DNA of 64,000 bases from Rhodosorus marinus CCMP1338 (Eukaryota; Plantae; Rhodophyta), in assembly GCA_029953675.1 (NCBI GenBank), contig JAMWBK010000005.1, forward strand, positions 1,798,001 through 1,862,000, written 5' to 3'. This document shows, in pieces, positions 24,780 through 36,389 of the stretch. The translations under genes and the position numbers were made by a program. The first letter of the stretch is position 1, and every line of letters starts with the position of its first letter. Below the pieces are notes generated by a model, which saw nothing but the letters and a program-made list of their open reading frames with translations, was not told the DNA's origin and did not search any database.

Positions 24780-27165
24780 TTATGGTAAATTGAGCGCTGT
24801 ATCCTTCGCATCCAAGCCATCAAACTCATCCACATGCATGTTCGGCAGCTGGGAGAAGGAAAGGCTCTCCCGCATTCCAAACTCCAGTAGCCTGTCCGTC
24901 GAAGGAACTTCTGTTAGCATCCCGGAGGAAGGCTTCGTGATTAAGTTCAATATCGACCCTGTCCGCCGGAACCCGCTCCTCCCCAGCCCTGCAGCCTCTG
25001 AAGAGTCCGGCCTGTACAGAAAAAGTTTCATTAAGAGTCAGTGATCCTCGTTCTGCAACCCACGAGCATCCATCACCAGTAGATACTTGCTGGCGGTCAG
25101 GCACTCGGACGTGCCCAAGAACTAATATCCTCCCGCTAGGCCAAACAATATTGATGCAAGTACAAATGGCGACTAATCGCTGTGTTGGTGAGCTTACCTT
25201 CCGTCTTCGCCATCTTGATACTGTCCAAAAGAAAAAGTTGGTCTGTCCCCGTCTGTTCCACCACTCAAAAGCCCCAATGTAGAGCTGCTATCAGGGCGTG
25301 GAAGGCCTGCGAAAGATGGAATATGCTCCCTCGATGCTGAATTAAGGCCGCTTTGTGGTAAAAGAGAAACTCCGTCCGGGACACTAATCAGCGATCCATA
25401 CCGAGGTCTCTTCGACGCACTTCCGATTTGCCCGTTTTCAGTTGTCTCCCGGTCCATCACCCCGGCCAGGGTCAGTGGCTGCTTTTCCAAAGCCCTAGTG
25501 GGCAGTCTACCCATTTGATCAGGCGCCCTGTCCAACAGATCTGTAACGCTGGAGGTGGACTTCGGACGGGGCAAGCTCGCAATACCAGAATACATCTGTT
25601 TCTCCTGATCATGAGCCTTAGCTTCGTGTATCGCTACTCTCTTCCCGGAGCCTTTTGACCCCATCTTCGTTTCCTCCAAGGGTGACGCACTGAGGCTAGG
25701 AAGCGGGATCCTGTCTCCATCAGCGCCGCCTTCCTCGGCCGCTGTCGCCAAGGGTGGTTTGTCACGGGACGGTTGAATCGTCGACGATAATCCAAAACCC
25801 TCCGAGTTCCTTTCAGTGGATGCTAGGCCATCCCGAGCCGAATTTTCCTTGCCCGCAATCTTTTCGTCTTTTTGCTCATCTAGGTCGGGGCTGTCTCCTC
25901 CGTCTCGGCTCGCCTTCTTATTCTTCTCTCTCGCTAATCGTAAATAGTACTTCTGAGCATGCGTTCGCACCTGCAAGGCGGAAACGTTATTCGCTGGTCA
26001 GTACCGACGATCTGATATCGACCGAAGCCGGCTCAAGTAGAACGAGCGATCCAACACAAACTGCGATACGTTCTCGAGGACTTGAGATTTCATCCATACC
26101 TGAGTTGCATTTCGAGTTCGCACATGCCGAGATATCGCTTTGATCTCCTTGTGCCCGTACAACTTCAAGCCCTCTAAAAAGCGCTCGTGCTCCTCCTGTG
26201 TCCAGTACCTACTTGAGGACTTCTTTCCGTCTTCGCCTTGGGTCTCTTTCTGGGACCTTTCCTTCTCTAGTGCCATTGCCTGGTTCTTTAATCGCTGAAT
26301 TTCAACCTAGGACAAGAGATTTCGATTTTTAGCGACATCGAACTATCAACACCGTAGCACGGGCTGGGAAGCAACCAAACCAAGGGGGGTAGAACGACAT
26401 ACCTGAGCTGCACCAAGATCTTTCTGGAGCTGCTCAATTTTGCGCTGCTGGTCTGCTACCAACGCCTGTGTGGCGATGTGATTTTCCATGAATGGGAGTG
26501 GAACCATGCCGTTCATTCCATTCATGCCGGGCATTTGTCCAACCCCATTTTGGTTGGCCATAACCAGCGGCCTCCCTTGTGCATGTGGAGCGTTGGCGTT
26601 GACTCCCACCTCCCCTATGTTCTTGCCATCGAATTCTTGGCCGCCTACAGACTTGGGGTTCCCACCTTGAATTGCTTGTGCGTACGATGCACTGGCCATC
26701 TCACCAATCGAATCTGACATTGGCCCCCCGAGCATCATTCCCCCGGCACCTGACTGGGGTAACGGCTGTATTGGGTACAGAACGCCCTGTTGCAGTTGCC
26801 CGCCAGGTTGTTGCTCTATAGCTTGTTCAGCCTTGGACCCAGGATGCTGAGTACCCTAACAAGAATTTAACATGAACGCGGTTTTCTTACGTTAGAAAAA
26901 TGTAATCCTCTCAGCTCTATTGGATCCAGAACGATAACATGCCCAACGGATCGTTGTGCCATTGTCCATATCTAGCCAACTAACACGCATGACGAAATCT
27001 ATCGATTGTATCACGCGCAGTCAGCATATCCGGCTTCGAAGAACACCCATCCTTTGCACAAACCAATCTCCAGAGCGACTCGATACTTGCAAAACTAACC
27101 TTTGTGCCCCCATTCCACAAGGGAAAGGCCTGAAAATGGTTGTTGTTGTTGTTCCCAGCTGACAT
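24780..27165 (-). CDS. MYB-related (SHAQKYF-class) transcription factor with upstream coiled coil, about 5 exons
   Basis: SRYWTQEEHERFLEGLKLYGHKEIKAISRHVRTRNATQ|VRTHAQKYY. Coiled coil QQRKIEQLQKDL. First exon MSAGNNNNNHFQAFPLWNGGTK joins in frame to GTQHPGSKAEQ. Last exon ends ...TALNLP*. Confidence 0.85.
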
Positions 27166-27353
27166 TTGAGCATTCGGATCGCACGGCAGAGGACTATAAT
27201 AATAACTTCATCGTCACTACGGGCCTAGTCCCACCAACAAATCCTGGTATCCGGTAGAGGCAGTCCGTTCTTCAAACCCACATGACCTCAAACAGATAAT
27301 AAACAACAGAAAAACCCCCGACGAGTCTCACTACTGAACCCCTCGCCCACCGT

Positions 27354-27418
27354 CACCGCTCCAGTGAAACGCCGCTACCAACCACCGCTCCAGTGAAACG
27401 CCGCTACCAACCACCGCT
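27354..27418. repeat. 29-bp perfect tandem duplication (2.2 copies) upstream of the MYB gene
   Basis: caccgctccagtgaaacgccgctaccaac occurs at 27354 and 27383. Confidence 0.92.
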
Positions 27419-29850
27419 AAAACAAGTGGGGCGGGCCCTTACAAGCTCTTCAGTCTTCCCCACTAAAAAAAGCCAACACTGCCCCTCCACCCCCATCCCA
27501 CCACCTCCCCCCCCCCTCTCTAAAATTCCCTATCCGATTCCCTCAAACGTTTTCAAATTTGGTTCCCACCCACCATCCTCCCTACCCTTATCCCCCTAAA
27601 CCGCCACCAAACGTAAATTTGTCTGTCGTACCTCCTCCTCTTACGCATTTCATCCCCTTCCTCAGACATGACCAACTATTTTTATTCAAAAAACAACATT
27701 CCCGACACCCTCCTCACCTTCCGCTTCCTAAGTAAGTAAACTCATAGTACTTGTCACAACTTACCCACCCCTACCCTCCACCTCCTCCGTTCTAAAAAAA
27801 CGCCTGTCATGGTACCAAAAAGTCCCATTTTCATTTTCAAAATTGGCCCGAACCGCCTCCTTTTAAAACGCCTTAGAAATCGGTTTCAATGACGCGTTGG
27901 TTTTTAGAAATAGCAGGAAAAGCTTCGATCTGGGATAAAGTACGAAATAAGAAAACGAGTTTTGCTACGGGTATCGACTTTTTCATCCAATTGATTTTTC
28001 TTGTTTGTTTGAGTGCCTATGGGGTTATCGAAATATACTATTTCTTGAACGATTTTACTATTTTGATTATTTAGGACTTTTTCAGTCCGATGCGTTTTTA
28101 TACCGAGGGGTTGGAAAAACTTTCGATGCGAGATGCGAGTTTTGAACGGGGTACGGGAAGCGGGGGTGTGGATTTCGCTAAGCTGTTGCTAAGCGGTATT
28201 TTTTTTGGTTCTCTCAAATTTGAAACTGGTTAGGTAGACGGGGAGAGTGCCGTTTTTGGGGAAGGCGGAGGTAGGGAGCCAGTTGCATCTCGAGTGGGGA
28301 CTGTCGTCTGCATAGCAAGAGGGTCCTGGCAAATGGTCTGTTACGATTGATCGGATAGAAGAAGCTGGATACTCACCATTGGTACACATTAATCTGCGTA
28401 ACGTGACCATTGTAGTAATGCCGCCGTGGATTCGGGGTTAATGCTCCCTCGGCTAAACTTCGCGGGGAAGCGTACCCGCTCAGCCGAGCAGTGGGTTAAA
28501 CATCAAATAACCAGTTCAGCATGGCGCGCCATCCCGGACATGGTCTTTTTTGAAGTGAAATGAAAAGTCTGCCTTCCATACTCGACAGTTGGGGCCTAGT
28601 GATTCATCTGATTTTGTAGGTACTCGAACTTGGCGTCTCACAATCCTCGATGTCGAGCAGCAAGGCTCCCGCTCACAAAACCGCGTCGGGTCGCGTCCTC
28701 CTCAAAAGCCCAGCGTGCGCTATGCCTTTCCTCGATGCAGTTTCCCCGATGCACTCCGCCGGAATTCTGGGAATTTTAGATCTTTCCATGTCCCAGAAAA
28801 AGCGAAATAGGCTTTTGCTTGTGCTTCCACGCCAGTCTTCTCATACACACACACTTTAACCAATGATAAGCACTCCGAGATGTTTTATCCAATATATTTC
28901 TGCCAAAAATTTGGAACGTACCAATGGGTGAGTCAGATCAATAATATTTTGAAAATATATATGAGTCTCGAAATCCGTTCATCGGCCATTTTGATTCCGC
29001 GAGATCGGCAGTGCAGGATTTAACCCACCCTGAAGGAACGTCGTTAAGGACGAAAGCTTTGTCTCCTTGCGGGAGCAGTCTCGGGAGGTTAGAGGTTCAA
29101 CAAGAAGCTGTTGATCACCTAACTTGGGTGCTCAGTAACTCTGATAACATGTTTAGGCGTTCTATCGTGATAAAACGGCCGCCTTTGTTCCTCCCAGACC
29201 TGGTTATGTATTTTTCGTTGGGTGCAGCGGGTCCCCTTGGCTATTGACCAAGGCATGAGCGGGCGTGTGAATTTGCTCGCATCCCGACGGGGGCGAAGTA
29301 GTCTCCGCTTTGAATCTAACTGTTCATCTTAGAGAAAGCTAAACGATCTTATCCTTTTTAGCGTCGAGAGGCATACCTGTGAGTCGATGCAAGTGATCGT
29401 CACCGAGGTCCCCGACGCTTGCTTGGGTCTCGTCTGATCTTGGATGAGCCCGTTTAAGCCAAAGGTAGTTGGACTCTCCTTCAAGCTAGAAACACTCCCG
29501 GAATCTACTTCCGATCTAGGAAAACCCAGCTTGAATGCCCCAGCTTGCCATGTAATCTGATTTTGCGCACGGCCTGCTTTTCAACATTGCAGAGCTACTC
29601 ATTGGTTGCGCAGATCCATTTGTTGCAGTTTGCATTCCGCTCAACAGCCGATGGAATAATGTGAACAAGGCGGCCCTCCATAGTGCTCGGTGACTGCGGG
29701 ATATTTCTCGCCCTCAGACTCATAGGGAAGGAATTGACCATTCATCTTGTTCAGGCGGGATACATTGGTGGTAGACGCTAAGAACGGATGCGTTGCTCAC
29801 CTAGTTGCTGAAGTTTCCCGGCGGGGGAGGCTGTGCTATCTAAAACGGTT

Positions 29851-31202
29851 ATGTACACTGAGGTTCAGCAGCGCGTGCCAGGTGAACCGGTTATGAGCGC
29901 CAAGCTCTATGCACTGAGATACTATACCTGCTTCCTTGGACCCATAGCGTTGATTATCGGATGGGAGCTTGGTGGTCTTCCGGGACGCGCTGCTACTCTT
30001 GTACTCTATGAGCTCGTGGCTCCGTTGGCAGATATTCTGCTTGGATCGGGCATTGTCGGGGATAAATTGGCTGGGAACCGAGTGAATCGCGTGAGCACTG
30101 ATGTGAATTGGTTTCGGATTCCCCTGTACCTGTGGGTTGTGGCCCATGGGACCATGCTGATGTGGATGATCTCGAAAGCTCTCAGCTTGGGATGGTTTGA
30201 AATTTGCTGCCTTTCATGGGCCAGCGGATTGGTTACCTCTGTTAGCATCGCTGTAGCCCATGAGCTTCTGCATAGGCGTAGTAAGTTCGATCGTTCGTTG
30301 GCTTCCTTTCTGCTCAGTACCGTATTGTTCGGGCACTATCGGATTGCACACAATGAGCACCACCGTCGGGTCGCCACGACTGAGGACTTTGTACGCGCTT
30401 GTAAACATCTTGGCAAGTCCTTGCAAAATACGTCGCTTACCTTCTCGTTCTCGCTTGCAGGGGACGGCGAGGTTCAATGAGACTCCCTACGAGTTTGTAC
30501 CCAGATCCGTTTTCGGTGGATTGATATTCTCGTTTCTGAGCGAGCGCAGTAGATTGTCAGCGAAGGGTGGTGCCTGGTGTACACACCAGAACGAGTTCGT
30601 GCTCAATTGGGGGATGTCGATAGCTTTCATCGGGCTCATTTGGCTAGCTTGTGGGATGAAGGGAGTTGTCACCTTCATCTGCCAGGTGGGATCCTGCTGA
30701 AGACCTGAGCATGTGCTTGAACATAGTTTGCTCGTTCGACTGTAGCTCAATTAGTGTATTTCATCATTTCATTGCTAATGCTTAGGCGCTCGTTGCAATA
30801 TCTGTCCACGAGATGACCACGTATATCGAACACTACGGATTGCTGCGAAAGAGAAGGGAAGATGGCAAATACGAGAAAGTGAGCTACGACCACAGTTGGC
30901 TAGCCCCCCAAAGGCTCACCAACTATCTCACATTCAATGTTCAAGTCCACCCAGATCACCACATGCGTAAGAATCACCCGACGATGCACTCTATGACTTT
31001 CACTACGACTGGCTTTATGAATGAGCTATTGACATCATCCTTGCTTTTGCTAATCACAGATGCGCTTAAACCTTATGAGGATCTCGAGATGACAAAGAGC
31101 CCAATTCTACCTGCGGGGTATCCGCCCATGATGCTCCTGGCCTTTATCACCCCGCTGTGGAAACGTGTTATACACCCCCGACTGCCGGCAAACGCCAACT
31201 GA
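29851..31202 (+). CDS. alkB: AlkB-type membrane non-heme di-iron monooxygenase (alkane 1-monooxygenase-like), join(29851..30390,30461..30685,30786..30966,31060..31202), about 362 aa
   Basis: AVAHELLHRRS, HYRIAHNEHHRRVATTED, GTARFNETPYEFVPRSVFG, TYIEHYGL, SWLAPQRLTNYLTFNVQVHPDHH and PILPAGYPPMMLLAFITPLWKRV appear in the same order as the AlkB motifs. Three GT-AG introns. Confidence 0.85.
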
Positions 31203-31371
31203 AGGGTTTGACTGTCAGTGAGGCTCCAGATTCCCACGGCCTGTTTACATAACCTGGATCCTATGTACTAAATATTCTGGCTTGTACAGATACCGCAAGC
31301 GGTTATAGCCCTGATAGCTGTGTCCAATAAAGAACTCTAGAACTAGTCTCGCGGTAAGACTTCACGTTCGA

Positions 31372-34300
31372 CTAGGCACCTAGAATGGATAAATTTTCGG
31401 TTTTGTGTATGAGAGCGCTGACGCCATCAGACCCATCCTTTGAAACCTCGTTTTCCTTGTTGTCGTCGTGCACCTTCAGGAACAGCAATCTGCCGTAGAA
31501 CTTGCTGAGCGCATTTGCCACATGCTTCCTCTTCGGCTTCGATTCAGCAAGTCTGAGCAATGATCGAATGAGATTTTTTTGCGTTAGCTGTCTGGCTCAT
31601 CCACGACGGTCTCAGTCTTTTGCGTGAGTTGTGTTTGAGTCATACTCCTTAGCTTTCCGTGTTATGTTCAATAGGTCCTGACCAACCTGTGCAGCATCCC
31701 CTTCTGCCTGCTCCTTGGACGGCAAAACTACTCCGTTCAGGATCCTCAAGACTGATGGACGGAGGAATTCACTAGTGTCCCCTTCCAGGTCGTCGATTGC
31801 GCCGTTGATAAGTTTCAGAGCAATCCTGGTCGACGAAGACAGAGAAAGACCCGATAGAAATAAGATGAAGAGCTATGTTGGGAGAACAATATGCTCTTGC
31901 CTTGTCGTGAAGAGACAGCTTACCTAGAATGTATCATTGAGTCTGCGTCTGCAAGGCTTGCATGGTTTCCGCTTGCTCTGGTTCTCTTCGTACAGTATGC
32001 ATTCTGATAGTCATGTCCACCGAGTCAGACAATGGGCCAGATCAGTACTCGCTGTATTGGTATGCTTACCGGATTCGTTAGCTCAAGAAGGAAGTGGCCC
32101 ACTTGGGAAATATCTAGCTGCCTTAAGGGGCTGGTTTCTGGAGCCTTCATCAATACCTGTATCGTTGGCATGAAACACTCCTCGACACAAAGCCGATGGC
32201 TCGAACGGGACGCTGCGAACGCCGGGAAGAACACCGACAGAGATTGGCGAAGTCGAACGTCATCTGCGCTTATCGGGTTGCAAAACAGTAGTATGAGGCG
32301 TACAAGTATCCCGGGCTCACTAGGTATCCGCCTAGAAAATACGAGTTTAGCAATCCCTTCAGCCGCTGTTGTTCGAAGTTCAGCCTCCGTGGATCCCGCG
32401 CAGTTCGTCAGTGACTGTTGATTATCGAAGCGAATAAAGAGCGAAGGAAAAAAATGAGTCCTATTGAGCACAACCACATACTACATCTAAATCGCAGTTT
32501 CTTGGTGAAATAGGTCTAGGACGCTGAAGACTACGTTGGCCTCGAGAGCCATCTAGGAACTACGCGGGCGAAGCTACAAAGCCCCATCCCATATTGACGC
32601 TGGATTCTGTTATTTCCTGCAGGTTTTCGCTTACGACGATTAGCATCTGACGTTGAGATTGTCCGTCAACATCGTCGCGCATCTCATGAACCATGAGAAT
32701 GTCCACAATCGCCTCCAACGCAATCAGCTGCAACTGCAAGACGTCGTTGTCAAGAACTTGCAAGAATAGCGGCGCGTTTCTTGAGGCCGTCTTTTCCGTC
32801 TTGTCCAGTAAGCAATACATGGACAAGCAACGGATTGCGACACTCCGAAGATCCACGGAGGGATTGACCAGTCCTGTGAGTTCAAGGACAGGAAAGTCCA
32901 CACTTTAGCAAGACGCACAGCGTACGAGGGCGGACAACAAAGCAGATCGACCACAACCGCGTCCGATAGAAAGATTAAGCTGGTGACTGCAAATTCTACC
33001 TTTAAGAACCACATTGTCAATCAGCGATGAAAAAAATACTTCCGGGTCATTTTGTGGCCTTGACGCCAATAGCAGCCCTTCAACAATTTTCAAGGCCCGA
33101 AATGTAGCCTGTTCAGAGCTGCCGTCGCTGCCATCTGCTATCAGAAGCTCTGCAACCAATCCAGCGACACTAGACTGTGAGCCCATTGACGAAACCAGCG
33201 CTCGGACCAGTCCCGGGTAGTGCCTGTCAGGAATCTGGGAATCCTCCAAGAAGTCTTTTTGTAGAGTCGAAATCAGATCTCGTCTACCAGCCTCGTCACT
33301 TAGGTCCAACTTATCGAACACTTGGATCAAGCACGATAAAATAAAATCATCATGCTTGTAATACTTCAAGCATTCAGCATAGGACTTCAAACTGGGGAAC
33401 ACTTGCGAGAGGCGTTCGCTTTCCTCACATTGTTTCGCAAAAGCTGACAGAAGGACTGCCCCTTCCCTCGTCAGGTGGTTCACGTCGAGTGCGACGATGG
33501 GCTTTGCGCATCTTTCTTCGACCTCACACAGAATTGGTACGATATCCTCAGAGTAGGTCTCTGGATCTAGTAACTCACAAAGCCTGTAAAAATCTCCATC
33601 ACAGGATCCTTCTAGCCATCCTCGATATACCAGGTTTTGGAGGAATTCTTTCCGAACATGACTTGATCGGTCCAAACGACCACGGCGAAGTAAGGTAACC
33701 CGCTGAGATATTGTAAGACTTTGTAGGTCAATTTTCTCGGCTAAAACCTTATAACATGCTCGCCGAACGTCTTCGCTCGTGTCACTGGTCCTGTTTAGAA
33801 TTAGTTCGATGTTCCACTGTTCCGGGCTTAGGTTGTCGAGAACTGTCTTCCGGACCAGAGGAGATGAGTCTGATTCAAGAAGGGTTGTAACAGTGCCTCG
33901 AATTTCATCACTTTCTATACAGGACTGCAATCTACAGAGACCAGGGACCGCGGCCGACCGAACACGTGGAAGCCGATCTCTTGATCGGCTAGTCATTTTT
34001 TCCAGCAGCTGTTCCTGCAGAAGTATTTCGAGTTGGGTATAGAAGAGCGGAGATGCGGATTGGAGAGCGAATTAGAAGCCAGACACGGAGTATTTTCGAA
34101 GAATTTCGCGATTGTATTGAGTATAGGACGCACCCAGACAGTCTCTGAGATTTCTGCTTGTTCTGGAAGATTGACCAGAATTCTTGAGAGAATTTGAGTC
34201 GTTCTGAAGCGCACTGCTTTGCTTGATGCGCTGGTATGGTGTATGAGATATCTCATGAACGTCGTGCATGCATCCCTCTGTTCGTTCCCCATTTTGTCCT

Positions 34301-34550
34301 CTGGGTTTGATTCTTTGGATGAAAGATACACAGCGAACTTTGAAAAGAACTCAACAAGGCGCTCCACTGGTGGATCTCTCGAGTATATAACCAGTACTCT
34401 ATTCAGGGCTTGAATTGTGTATTTCCAAAATACAACCGCGTCTGTGATACACGCTTTCGCCAGTGTGGAGCAGGCGTCGTGATGTGATGCGAAAGACCTC
34501 TGTGCGTCGTTCAACGCAGAGAAAACCGCACCTCTGATCTGAGCCTCCAT
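31372..34550 (-). CDS. NCAPG: Condensin complex subunit 3 (CAP-G/Ycg1), multi-exon
   Basis: N-terminal LNDAQRSFASHH, LNRVLVIYSRDPPVERLVEFF, KAVRFRTTQI, RDRLPRVRSAAV..L, DSSPLVRK, RTSDTSEDVRR and AAEGIAKL...RLRQSLSVFFPAF. HEAT-like composition. Confidence 0.88.
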
Positions 34551-34987
34551 CTTAACCCAATACCTTCAGTTCCCAAGCTCACAAATTCTAACCGCTGTGT
34601 AGCCCCGCCGCAAGTGCCCAGAGAAAAAATATATAGATTTAACGTTGTCAGTCACTCCCAGGTGACAATCCAGGCCAATGAAGTCCACTCCAACTCCCTC
34701 TCATTCAGTCGGTTACTTAGTGGGTCGCAAGTCACCATCGTTTCGAGCCTGCAAATCCTTCAACAGGTGGTTTCTCTCAAGGAGAGCTCTAAGGGCCTAC
34801 TTACCAGTAAGCAAACATACCTGCTCAACCCCTCTCCCCAACGTGAACACTATGCCGTTACACAAGGATCCCAATTTCAAATTTTTTGAAGCCTATATTG
34901 ACTGAATAGGGTTTAATTCTTCTCAAATGTATCATTTCGATGCATATAATGACTAGGTTACCGAGCGTATCGAAAAAGTTTCAAATT

Positions 34988-36340
34988 TCATATTTTGCCC
35001 GGACTGGACGAGCACGGATGATCTCTCTCGTATTGGAGTTTGGTCAAATAGAGTTGGGTACCAAGCTCACTTTGCTTCAAGCCTGGAGAGGGTGAAGCGC
35101 CGCAGAGTACACTTGTAGGGCCCTGGAAAGATTGTTTCTTCTTCAGGAAACGTTCTTGAAGCCTCACCAGCAGCAATATACGGCTGGACGAGAAATATGT
35201 ACAGTGAGATTGGAGTGGGTGCAGGACGCTTATTACCTTCTCCGTATCCCGGCCACCAGACGACAATGATGTTGGCAGGGAAAGGCTTTGCTTCGACTAT
35301 GTGCATCTTCGCCGTATCCGAGGCCACCAGACAACTCGGTGTTTGCATGGAAAGGGCTTACTTTGACTATATTGCATCCAACTCTGTATTTGTCCGAAAG
35401 ATCTGATAGACTCTTCAGCTATGTTTTCTCGCGAATAGCGTGGTATTTTTGTATTCTGATGAACACAGGAGTACGTAGCTAATGTGTTTGCTCATGGGTC
35501 AGCTCGCTTCTATTGTGGAGATACACGGTTTACAATATGATAAGAAACTGTAATACGCGGATCTCCGTCAACAATGGTGCTCAATTTGCTCACCACCTCG
35601 CATACTAGAAATCGTGCTCGCCCTTTCCGTACGGTGGGCGCCAAGAGTCCAGCTAGAAACCTAACTTCGCCAGTGTTCTGTCCCTGAATTCGTGCGGGCC
35701 GAGCTTTTCAGAGCCTACTAAAGAGCTAAGCTAAACTAGCATTTGCTAAGGTTGCCTGAAAAGCGACCAACACCCAACCTCGACGAACTGCTTGAACGCT
35801 CTTTTCATGAGAGAGCTCACATGTGCAGAAATGACATCGCCGTAATAGTTGCTAAAGTCAGACCGCTACTAGGTCTTGTATTCGGTCAGCCTCGTTCAGA
35901 CAAAGTTGGGATCAAGGCCAGAGCTCGTCCATAAGCAGTCATCCCAGACTTGAGATAGGACTTGTATACCTGCTTTAATCGCAGCCGTGCGGTTTGCAAT
36001 GGTTGGGTTTAGGAAAGCTATTGTGAGGAAGGAACTGAGAAGCACTTGAGAGGTCGTGTTGCTGAGAAGATAAAGAGCTAACCTGTACCGGATTGGAGAC
36101 ACAGGGTTTTGCAAACGAGTTTATTTGCACTCGCTCGTCTTTTGGGTTCGAGCTGGCGTGAACATGTAGGGTTGGGAGACAGGCTGGGGGTGAGGTGGGC
36201 GGGCAGGGTACGCTTTTACCGGGCTTCTTTTGTCCCGCTAGTGAATCAAGGCGGGAAATTCTCTTTTGAGGGAGGTAATACCCAGTTTGTGTTGTGAATT
36301 GACCGACTTGAAGTGAAGCAGGGCAGATAAGCGGCATAGG
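34988..36340 (-). CDS. Possible hypothetical multi-exon gene divergent from the WDR44-like gene; structure unresolved
   Basis: Several short open segments with good splice signals on the minus strand (for example a gtaagc donor near 35360 and a tccag acceptor near 35185). No recognised motif. Confidence 0.25.
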
Positions 36341-36389
36341 AAATAAAAGAGGTGGCGGCGGAGGGGGAGGATCTCCACGCAAGGACAGG

